Assembly: GCA_964291295.2 (NCBI GenBank)
Contig: OZ219754.1
Span: forward strand, 768,001 to 832,000
Source of the DNA: an uncultured Candidatus Binatia bacterium
GTDB taxonomy: Bacteria > Desulfobacterota > Binatia > UBA9968 > JAJDTQ01
Direction of reading: 5' to 3'
DNA: 64,000 nt
This document shows, piece after piece, positions 40,501 to 49,061 of the stretch. A program made the position numbers and the translations under genes. The notes under the pieces are model-generated. The model searched no databases and was not told where the DNA came from. It saw only the letters and a list, made by a program, of their open reading frames with translations. Numbering within the stretch: position 1 is the stretch's first letter; the number at the start of each line of letters is the position of its first letter.

Positions 40501-40680
40501 AAGAACGAGGGGAAAGCCCAAAGGGCGGCCCAATTAAGCAACCTGGCGATCGCTCGGGAGACCAGGATCGAGAAGTTGAAGATGACTTGGCGATCGAAGG
40601 AAGAAGAGATGAGCAACGCGCGTAAGACCGTGCCAGATAGATCGGACGTTGGCTGCCTCCTGCTTCAGGTGGAGGAATAG
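37510..40680 (+). CDS. Large SNF2-family helicase (RapA/DrmD-like)
   Basis: [60 protein letters not shown]; C-terminal coiled coil. Confidence 0.9.
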   Translation: [1056 protein letters not shown]

Positions 40681-40685
40681 ACTCA

Positions 40686-42068
40686 ATGGGGTTCGAGTAC
40701 TGGGACTTTCCTGCCGAAGCGGCCGTGCGCGAACCCCCGCCTGCCTCCATTGCGGACAACGACCGGCTGCGGCTTGAGAAAATGCTTCATGAGGGCGAGG
40801 GGCCGCCAACCGGCAGCGACGATCTGTTCCTCTGGCTCGGCCTCGATTTCGGCACCAGCTCCACCAAAATGATTGTTCGGCTTCCCTTTGAAGCGGGGGA
40901 ACCGACCATCGCCATCCCCGCCCCTTCTTTCTGCCGCGGGGAAGGCAATCCCTATCTCTGGAAGACCGTGCTCTGGCTGCGAAATGACGGTGGCTTTCGT
41001 CCCTATCCGGAAGCTGGAACAAAAGTCCTGAATACGCTGAAACAGGGAATCATCCGCCGCCCTGGCGACACGACCCTTGCCGAGACCATCGTCGCATCAA
41101 GCCGAGCCCAGGCAGTCGTCGCCTACCTCGCCCTTGCCATCCGGTACGCCCGAGGCTGGTTGTTGCTCAATCGAAAGAGCCTCTTTCGAAGGGGCCTCTT
41201 TCGGAGACGCAAGCCTGTCTGGTTCGTGAACATCGGCATGCCAGCGGCAAGCTACAACGAGCCTGATCTTGCAGTTCGCTACCGGCACATCGGGGCTGCC
41301 GCACTGCAACTGGCGAACTCCAGGCAGGCCATCACCACCGACACGACGCAGAGCTTTCTCGGAGACCACAAAGTAGCAGAGGCGGGGGAATCGGAGCAGG
41401 TTGCGGCAGATCTCGGCGTCGCCGTAGTACCCGAAACGGCGGCCGAAATGATGGGCTTCACCAAGTCGACCCGCAGCGCCCCCGGCCTCTACCTTACGTT
41501 GGACGTCGGGGCGATGACCCTCGACGCCTGCATGTTCCGGCTCACGCACCGGTTGGATCAGGAGGGGGTGGGGATGGACCACTACCTCTTCATGGCGACG
41601 CAAGTCCGGCCGCTCGGGGTGGAATCATTCCATTGGTTCCTGAGCGAGGGCAAGACCGAACCCGACTTCATTCACCAATGCGAACGTATGCTCTGGTATG
41701 TCGTATGGCACACCAAGCAGGACCGCGATCCTCACGCCGACGAATGGAAGCCCGGAAACAGCCTGCCCGTTTTCCTGACAGGTGGCGGAGCAGAGAATCG
41801 TCTGCATCTGGACATCGTAAAATCTCTCGACCCCTGGCTGAGGCAGTTTCTTCCTGAGAGCGGCGTCCGGCTCATCGACCCGCCAGTGCCAATGCCGCAA
41901 ACGCTTGATCTGCCGGAGCCAATTCAGCATCCCCGCAGAATAAACACTGCTTGGGGCCTGAGCTATCCGGAAATCGGCCGTATCCACCCAACCCACTCCA
42001 TCACCGACATCAAGCCTCCGACCCGGAGAGACTATGGCGATGCCTTTGTCTCCAAGGACCAGATCTGA
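40686..42068 (+). CDS. Hypothetical Hsp70/actin-like (ASKHA) ATPase-fold protein
   Basis: GLDFGTSSTK (phosphate 1), VVPETAA (connect 1), LDVGAMTLD (phosphate 2), FLTGGG (adenosine); no substrate-binding domain. Confidence 0.7.
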   Translation: MGFEYWDFPAEAAVREPPPASIADNDRLRLEKMLHEGEGPPTGSDDLFLWLGLDFGTSSTKMIVRLPFEAGEPTIAIPAPSFCRGEGNPYLWKTVLWLRNDGGFRPYPEAGTKVLNTLKQGIIRRPGDTTLAETIVASSRAQAVVAYLALAIRYARGWLLLNRKSLFRRGLFRRRKPVWFVNIGMPAASYNEPDLAVRYRHIGAAALQLANSRQAITTDTTQSFLGDHKVAEAGESEQVAADLGVAVVPETAAEMMGFTKSTRSAPGLYLTLDVGAMTLDACMFRLTHRLDQEGVGMDHYLFMATQVRPLGVESFHWFLSEGKTEPDFIHQCERMLWYVVWHTKQDRDPHADEWKPGNSLPVFLTGGGAENRLHLDIVKSLDPWLRQFLPESGVRLIDPPVPMPQTLDLPEPIQHPRRINTAWGLSYPEIGRIHPTHSITDIKPPTRRDYGDAFVSKDQI

Positions 42069-42345
42069 CTACGGCCAACCGCCGGACCGGCGCCCCGCTT
42101 GCAACAACTCTTAACATCCTTGGCCCGACACCCATCGATCCTGTACTCAAGGCCCTCCGCCGCCGACGCCAGCGAGTCATCCCACGGACTTCGCCGACCC
42201 ATGTCCTTCAATGACCTCGACCCGACAGGCGCGGTTCCGCTTTCGTTCGGTCTGCGTTCTCCAGCTTGCAACTCGCCGGCAACGTGGCATGGTGGGGAGA
42301 TGGAGGAGTCGTGACGCGCACGGTGTCACGGGAAAGGAGACCCGC

Positions 42346-42990
<645 letters not shown>

Positions 42991-42997
42991 CGCGGCG

Positions 42998-43525
42998 CTA
43001 CTCCGCCAGGAGCCGCTGGATGATCTCTTCCATCTCGTCGTAGCCGCCCTCGCCGAAACGGGTGTACCGGACCACGCCCTTTCTGTCGATGATGTGCAGC
43101 GTGGGCCAGTAGCGCGTGCGGTAGCGCTTCCAGGTCGCGAAATCGTTGTCCTGCGCCACGGGAAACCTGATTCCCAACTCCCGGCAGGCATTCCGGACGT
43201 TTTCCAGCGCGTGTTCCCAGGCAAACTCCGGCGAGTGGATACCCACCACGACGAGGCCCTCGGAACCATATCTTTCGTGCCACTCCGTCAACGACGGCAT
43301 GGTGTTGAGACAGTTGATTCAGCCGTAGGTCCAGAACTCGACGAGAACCACCTTCCCCTTGAGATCCTTCAGCCTGAGCGGCTCCGAGTTGATCCAGGTG
43401 TCGTTGGCGAACTCCGGCGCCGGCCGGCCCACCAGCGAAGCCGCGGCGCTGCCGGACGCCGCCAGGATCATGAAGCCCAGAAGAACCGCGAGCCCCGGCG
43501 CACGCCATCTTGATGAACGCTGCAT
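42998..43525 (-). CDS. Exported TlpA/DipZ-like redoxin, probable selenoprotein (UxxC; TGA at 43321-43319)
   Basis: Two ORFs join in frame across TGA: VVLVEFWTYG-U-INCLNTMP...VGIHSPEF...YWPT; signal peptide; hairpin after UGA. Confidence 0.85.
43285..43297 (-). promoter_or_regulatory. Candidate bacterial SECIS hairpin
   Basis: CCGTC-GTT-GACGG stem-loop; the apical loop starts with G, 27 nt after the UGA. Confidence 0.6.
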
Positions 43526-43629
43526 GCGAGTCACACCTCCAGAATCAATTTGCCTTTCGGCCAGTTTCTACCTTGATTTTTTGTTTGCCGGAAATCGCAT
43601 GGATCTCGGGATCCACGAAAGGGAATTGG

Positions 43630-44137
43630 TCAGAAGGCGCCTTTCCTGACACGGTTGGCGACGACCCATTCTTGCACAATGCGAGGCATCTCCTCGACCA
43701 CTTCGCGCCCGAACAGAACCTCATCGACGTAGCCCATGTGAAGCATGTCGAATATCCGACAGAGATAAGCCTTGCCGCAGTTCCACCAGGTAAACCAGGA
43801 ATCGACCATCAAATAGTGCCTGATGTTGATGGACTCGCGTCCCCGAAGCTCTTCAAGTTCCATCCCGTCAAGCAGTGTCTCGTACACCCCGTCGGCGACA
43901 CGGCTCCCGAACGTCGTTGTGTAGTAGTATTCCTTGATCTCCCGGATGGCGATTGGGTTGATTGCGGAAGGGAACGCACCGTCCACCCTCCTTCAGCTTG
44001 TCGAAGGCAGACACCATCTGCTTCGCCGTGGGCACGATGATCGTCTCACCCCCACTATAGCCAACGGTCTGGCTGAGAGACCGCACGCATGCCCAGAAGG
44101 ACTTCGGCTTCCTGAGGAATTTCTCATTCGGTTTCAT
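43630..44137 (-). pseudogene. Putative type II restriction endonuclease, frameshifted or internally deleted
   Basis: N-terminal FWACVRSLSQTVGY and C-terminal RVDGAFPS..NPIA.REIKEYYYTTTFGSRVADGVYETLLDG (PD-(D/E)xK-like) are in different frames, junction ~43990; lies next to controller and MTase. Confidence 0.65.
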
Positions 44138-44381
44138 TGGGGCGGTCCAGTTGCGCCTCCAACTTGCGGACAAAGTCGGTCAGAGAAACGCCAAGGGCGG
44201 CGCAGACTTCGCGCAGTTCAAGCACGTCGAGACGACGCTCGCCCAATTCGTATTTGCTGATCATCGACTGTGGGACGCCCATCCGCTCAGCAATATCGAC
44301 CTGCCGTACCCCCGCCCGTGTACGGGTCTCCTTGAGCAAGGTCACGAAGACCCGATGCTCCCGAGTGCCAATCTTCGCCAC
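44124..44381 (-). CDS. XRE-family HTH regulator (R-M controller-like)
   Basis: RAGVRQVDIAERMGVPQSMISKYELGERRLDVLEL; overlaps the REase start. Confidence 0.85.
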   Translation of the reverse strand: MAKIGTREHRVFVTLLKETRTRAGVRQVDIAERMGVPQSMISKYELGERRLDVLELREVCAALGVSLTDFVRKLEAQLDRPNETE

Positions 44382-44482
44382 GGTGCCCCTATGATTCCCT
44401 TGCGGTATAGTCACCGTGCCCTTATACATGCCCTTGCGGAATATCCCATCTTCCTGTATTTTATGATCATCGGGAGGGCACG

Positions 44483-45385
44483 ATGCAGGCAGTCTTGAAT
44501 TTCGACGAGGTGGTTCTGGCGGTTGACGAGAACACAACCTCGGGCGTCGTTCCGTTCAAATCGCAGCTCCTGAAATGGATCGGGAACAAACAGCGCTTCG
44601 CGCATGAGATCATTTCATTTTTCTCCAGCCGTTTCCGGATGTATCATGAGCCGTTTCTCGGCTCTGGAGCCGTACTCGGGGTACTGGCGCCCCGTAGGGC
44701 CGTAGCAGCGGATAGCTTCAAGCCGCTCATCGACATCTGGAAGACATTGCGGAGCGATCCCGAAATGGTCAAGGATTGGTATCGAAGCCGCTGGCTGGAA
44801 GCCCAAGAGGGCGACAAGGTCTCTCAGTATGAGAAGATAAAAGCGCGATACAACGAGAGAGCCAACGCGGCGGATTTCTTGTTCCTGACACGCGCAGCCT
44901 ACGGTGGGGTGGTCCGTTTCCGCAAGGCGGACGGCTACATGTCGACACCTTGCGGGATACATGAACCGATCCACCACGGTTCGTTCAGCCGTCGGGTGGA
45001 CGAGTGGTGGAAACGGGTTCGTGGGACCGAATTTCATCATCGGGAATATGAAGAGTCGCTAAAGTGCGCGAAAGATGGAGACATCGTGTACTGCGACCCC
45101 CCATACAGTCACAGCCAGGCAATCCTGTACGGAGCCCAAGGGTTCTCTCCCGACGACATGTTCCGCCAGATTGATGCGGCAAAACGGCGGGGAGTGTTTG
45201 TCGCCCTAAGCCTCGATGCGTCGAAAAAGTCCGGAGGCACGAGCTGCGATTACGATATTCCACCTGGCCTCTTTGCGCGCGAGGCGGCCGTGAACTGCGG
45301 GCGATCCATGCTCAAGCGTTTTCAGATGGTTGGAAAAACACTGGAGCATGAAGTCGTAACCGATCGTTTGCTGCTTACACACTAA
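44483..45385 (+). CDS. Dam/D12-class N6-adenine DNA methyltransferase
   Basis: LKWIGNK, YHEPFLGSGAV, VYCDPPY. Confidence 0.92.
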   Translation: MQAVLNFDEVVLAVDENTTSGVVPFKSQLLKWIGNKQRFAHEIISFFSSRFRMYHEPFLGSGAVLGVLAPRRAVAADSFKPLIDIWKTLRSDPEMVKDWYRSRWLEAQEGDKVSQYEKIKARYNERANAADFLFLTRAAYGGVVRFRKADGYMSTPCGIHEPIHHGSFSRRVDEWWKRVRGTEFHHREYEESLKCAKDGDIVYCDPPYSHSQAILYGAQGFSPDDMFRQIDAAKRRGVFVALSLDASKKSGGTSCDYDIPPGLFAREAAVNCGRSMLKRFQMVGKTLEHEVVTDRLLLTH

Positions 45386-45554
45386 GGATAGTCTGAGCAA
45401 GTCCTGTAGGGTACATGGGGCAGCATGAGGGAAGGAGGGGAAAGAATGAAGCAGGCGACGTTGGGGAGGTGGAGCATGATGCGAAGAAGCGAGTGACGCG
45501 GCGGGAAGTATTTCTTGCGAAGATGGAGAATTGGACCTTTTGTTCAGACCTTCC
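45386..45554 (+). mobile_element. Internally deleted IS5-family element (169 bp)
   Basis: Inverted repeats GGATAGTCTGAGCAA / TTGTTCAGACCTTCC; interior encodes MKQAT...AKKRVTRREVFLAKME, like the IS5 transposase N-terminus; preceded by CTAA. Confidence 0.75.
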
Positions 45555-45588
45555 TCAGGACTCGTCCGTGCAGCGTCAGGACTCATTC

Positions 45589-46479
45589 ATGCTCTATGAC
45601 TATGTCGCCTTTCCCGACCGACCGCCGCTGCACTGGCCCCACGGTGCCCGGGTGGCGCTGATCTTCACCATCAACATCGAATACTGGGAGATGACCCGGG
45701 ACAACGACGCGCCCCTCTACCCCGGCGGCCCGGCCACCATCCCCCACGTGCTGCCGGGCAACGTCCCCGACTACGCCAACTGGACTTGGCGCGAGTATGG
45801 CCAGCGCGTGGGCGTGTGGCGCATCATCGACGTGTTCGACCGGGCCGGGGTGCCCGCCACCTGCACCATGAACGCCCTCACCGGCATCGAGCGGCGCCGC
45901 ATCATCGACGCCGTCAACGAGCGCGGCTGGGAGATCCTGGCCCACAACTACGCCCAGAACGATGTGCTCACCGACTACGCGAACCAGCCGGACCGGGAGC
46001 GCCAGGTAATCCGCCGGACCCTGGACGCCTACGCCGAGGCGGTGGGCCGTCCCGCCCGGGGCTGGCTGTCCTCGTCGCTGCGGAGCACCCACGAGACGCC
46101 CCACATCCTGAAGGAGCTGGGGCTGCTGTTCCAGGCGGACTACCTGAACGACGACCAACCCTATCGGCTCAACACCCGCCACGGCCCGCTGGTGTGCATT
46201 CCGTACTCCAACGACGTCAACGACTTCGCGGTATTCTCCCGCGGCGGCAGGACCACGTCCCAGGCCCTGGAGCTGTTCCGGGAACAGTTCGATCAGCTCT
46301 ACCTGGAGGGCGCCGCCAGCGGGCGCATCATGAACGTCGGCATGCACCCCCACGTCATGGGCCAGGCCTACGCCATCCGCGCCCTGCGGGAGTTCGTGGA
46401 CTACGTGAAGACCTTTGACCGAGTGTGGTATCCCCAGCGCCAGGAAATGGCCGAGTGGTTCCTGGAGAACCATCCGTAG
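45589..46479 (+). CDS. Polysaccharide deacetylase family protein (PuuE-like)
   Basis: WPHGARVAL, NWTWREYGQRVGVWRI, LAHNY, NDDQPY, HPHVMGQ. Confidence 0.88.
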   Translation: MLYDYVAFPDRPPLHWPHGARVALIFTINIEYWEMTRDNDAPLYPGGPATIPHVLPGNVPDYANWTWREYGQRVGVWRIIDVFDRAGVPATCTMNALTGIERRRIIDAVNERGWEILAHNYAQNDVLTDYANQPDRERQVIRRTLDAYAEAVGRPARGWLSSSLRSTHETPHILKELGLLFQADYLNDDQPYRLNTRHGPLVCIPYSNDVNDFAVFSRGGRTTSQALELFREQFDQLYLEGAASGRIMNVGMHPHVMGQAYAIRALREFVDYVKTFDRVWYPQRQEMAEWFLENHP

Positions 46480-46488
46480 GGAGGTCTC

Positions 46489-47538
46489 GTGAAACCGTAT
46501 CGAGTCGCCTTGATTCAGCAGCAGACCCGGGTCATCGTCGAGCCGGGGGAGCGTGACGCCATCATCGACGAAAACCTCGGGCGCATCTTCGAGTTGCTGG
46601 ACTGGACCGCGCTGCGCCTCGGGGACGTGAAGCTCGCCGTGTTCTCGGAGTACGGCATCATCGGACAGTACCGGCCGCGGTCGGTGGACGAATGGCTGGC
46701 GCTGGCGGAGACCATCCCCGGCGACGTCACCGAGCGGATCGGCCGCAAGGCCCGGGAACGGGGCTGCTACATCGCGGGCAATCTCTACGAACGGGACGAC
46801 GACTGGCCCGGACGGCTCTTCAACACCAGCTTCATCGTCGATCCGGACGGCGTCGTCGTCCTCAAGTACCGGAAGAACAACGGTCCCAACAACCTCAACA
46901 CCACCTACACCGGCCCCGGCGACGTCTATTCCGAATATACCGAACGCTACGGCGAGGACTCCATGTTTCCAGTGGCCGAAACCGAAATCGGCCGGCTGGG
47001 GTGCCTGACCTGCACCGACGTGGTGTTCCCGGAAATGGCCCGCTGCCTGGCGCTGCGCGGCGCCGAGGTGCTGATCCACCCCACGGCCGAGCCCTACGCC
47101 CCGGAAGGCGAGGCCTGGGATGTGCTCCGGCGCGCCCGCGCCTACGAGAATCTGTGCTACTTCCTCTCGGTCAACTGCGGCGCCTTCGTGGGCTCCAACC
47201 GTCCCACCGGCGGCTACCGCGGCATGACCCAGGTCATCGACTACATGGGACACGTCCAGTCCGCGGCCACCGCTCCCGGCGAGGCGGTGGTCACCGGCAT
47301 GGTGGATATCGACAACCTCCGTTGGGAACGCACGCGCATGGCCGACTCGGGCCACGTGTGGAACTTCCTGGTGGAGTTGCGGAGCGACCTCTACGCCCCG
47401 GTGTACGCCAAGGCGAAGCGCTGGCCCAACGACGGCTGGCGCCACCGCAAGCTGCAGGACACCGCGGAGACCCGCGCCGAGGCCCGCAGGATCATTGATC
47501 GGCTGGTGCGGGAGGGACACCTGGTCAAGCCGGAATGA
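46489..47538 (+). CDS. Nitrilase/carbon-nitrogen hydrolase family protein
   Basis: Catalytic triad contexts FSEY, YRK, TCTD; RARAYEN. Confidence 0.88.
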   Translation: MKPYRVALIQQQTRVIVEPGERDAIIDENLGRIFELLDWTALRLGDVKLAVFSEYGIIGQYRPRSVDEWLALAETIPGDVTERIGRKARERGCYIAGNLYERDDDWPGRLFNTSFIVDPDGVVVLKYRKNNGPNNLNTTYTGPGDVYSEYTERYGEDSMFPVAETEIGRLGCLTCTDVVFPEMARCLALRGAEVLIHPTAEPYAPEGEAWDVLRRARAYENLCYFLSVNCGAFVGSNRPTGGYRGMTQVIDYMGHVQSAATAPGEAVVTGMVDIDNLRWERTRMADSGHVWNFLVELRSDLYAPVYAKAKRWPNDGWRHRKLQDTAETRAEARRIIDRLVREGHLVKPE

Positions 47539-49016
47539 GGAGCCCGCCGCCGGTGTCATCGCGCGAAACCGATGTGGCCGTGGTGGGCTACGGCGGCGCC
47601 GGCGCCACCGCCGCCATCACCGCGGCGGACCTCGGGGCCAAGGTGCTGGTGGTGGAGAAGGAGTCCTCGGGCGGGGGCAACACGAAGCTCTCCGCAGGCT
47701 CCGTGCGGACCTTCGGCGACTTCCACCGGGCGGTGGCACACATCGCCTTCCTGTGCGGCGGAACCACCGATACGGCCGTGATCGAGGCGCTGGTGCGCGA
47801 GAGCCACCAGAACGAGCCGTGGCTCCGCGCTCTCGGCGGGGCGGTGGTCGTCGATCCGATCCAATCCGTCCCCACCCGTTATCCGATCTATCCGACGGGC
47901 GCCGCCTCGCCGGAGCAGCCCGGCGCGGACGGCGTCGGGCCGCGGCTCCGGGTCAAGGGTGCCACCACGGCCAACGGACGCGACCTGTGGGAGCTGCTGG
48001 CCGGCAATGTGGCCGCGCGGAGCATCCCGGTGCTGTTGGACTGCCCGGCAATCCGGCTGCTGCGCGACGGAGACGGCACGATCAACGGCCTGACCGCGAG
48101 GCGGGGCAGGGAAGAGATCGTCATCCGGGCGCGCAAGGCGGTGATCCTCGCCTGCGGCGGCTATGAACGGGACCCGGACATGCAGCTTCAGTTCCTGGGG
48201 CAGCGCTACGAGTCCCTGGGCGCCTCCAGTCACACCGGCGACGGCATCCGTCTGGCCGCCGACGCGGGCGCATCCCTGTGGCACATGAACGCGGTCGCCG
48301 CGGGCTTCGGCTATCGCGTGGAGGGATTCGACTGCGCCGTCCTCCACGCCATGCCGGCACCGGGGTTCATCTACGTGGACCGGCGCGCGCACCGTTTCGT
48401 GAACGAGACGGCCATGGACGCCCACGCGGTGGGGTCCATGGTGACGGAGCTGGATCTGGAGACCATGGAGCAGCCCCGGGTGCCGTGCTTCGTGGTGTTC
48501 GACGAAAAGACCCGCACGGCCGGTCCCGTGGCCGACACCGGCCGCGGCGCGGTGGCCGGGCGCTACCGGTGGAGCGGCGACAATGCCGCCGAGGTGGCCG
48601 CGGGCTGGATCAGGACGGGGGACACGGCCGCGGCCCTGGGCGCGGCGCTCGGCCTGAACCCGGCGTTGCTGGAGCGCACCGTCGGCGAATACAACCGTGC
48701 CTGCACCGAGGGCCGGGACGAAAGGTTCGGGCGCTCCCCCGGCACGCTGAGGGCGCTGGACCGTCCCCCGTTCTACGGCGCGGCGCTGTGGCCGAGCCTG
48801 TTCAACACCCAGGGCGGCCCGCGGCGAAACGCCCGCGCCCAGGTGCTGGACGCCTGGAGCCGTCCCATCCGGGGACTGTACGGCGCCGGCGAACTGGGCT
48901 CCATGTGGTCCCGGAACTACCCCGGTGCCGGCAATCTCACCGAGGTGCTGGCCTTCGGCCGCATCGCCGGTCGCAACGCCGCGGGCGAGACGCGCCGCGA
49001 CCCGCGGTCCGGGTGA
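47535..49016 (+). CDS. FAD-binding oxidoreductase (fumarate reductase/3-ketosteroid dehydrogenase flavoprotein family)
   Basis: VVGYGGAG, VILACGG, TGDGI, RFVNE, TQGG, GLYGAGE, FGRIAG. Confidence 0.88.
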   Translation: MRSPPPVSSRETDVAVVGYGGAGATAAITAADLGAKVLVVEKESSGGGNTKLSAGSVRTFGDFHRAVAHIAFLCGGTTDTAVIEALVRESHQNEPWLRALGGAVVVDPIQSVPTRYPIYPTGAASPEQPGADGVGPRLRVKGATTANGRDLWELLAGNVAARSIPVLLDCPAIRLLRDGDGTINGLTARRGREEIVIRARKAVILACGGYERDPDMQLQFLGQRYESLGASSHTGDGIRLAADAGASLWHMNAVAAGFGYRVEGFDCAVLHAMPAPGFIYVDRRAHRFVNETAMDAHAVGSMVTELDLETMEQPRVPCFVVFDEKTRTAGPVADTGRGAVAGRYRWSGDNAAEVAAGWIRTGDTAAALGAALGLNPALLERTVGEYNRACTEGRDERFGRSPGTLRALDRPPFYGAALWPSLFNTQGGPRRNARAQVLDAWSRPIRGLYGAGELGSMWSRNYPGAGNLTEVLAFGRIAGRNAAGETRRDPRSG

Positions 49017-49061
49017 ACGCCGCGCGAAGCGACGCAGGGAAACAGGGAGGAGGCGACCCCT

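Noticed and set aside
42311-42329. GTGAC-N9-GTCAC palindrome upstream of msrA
   Set aside because: Five-bp arms are plausible by chance; no regulator can be assigned.
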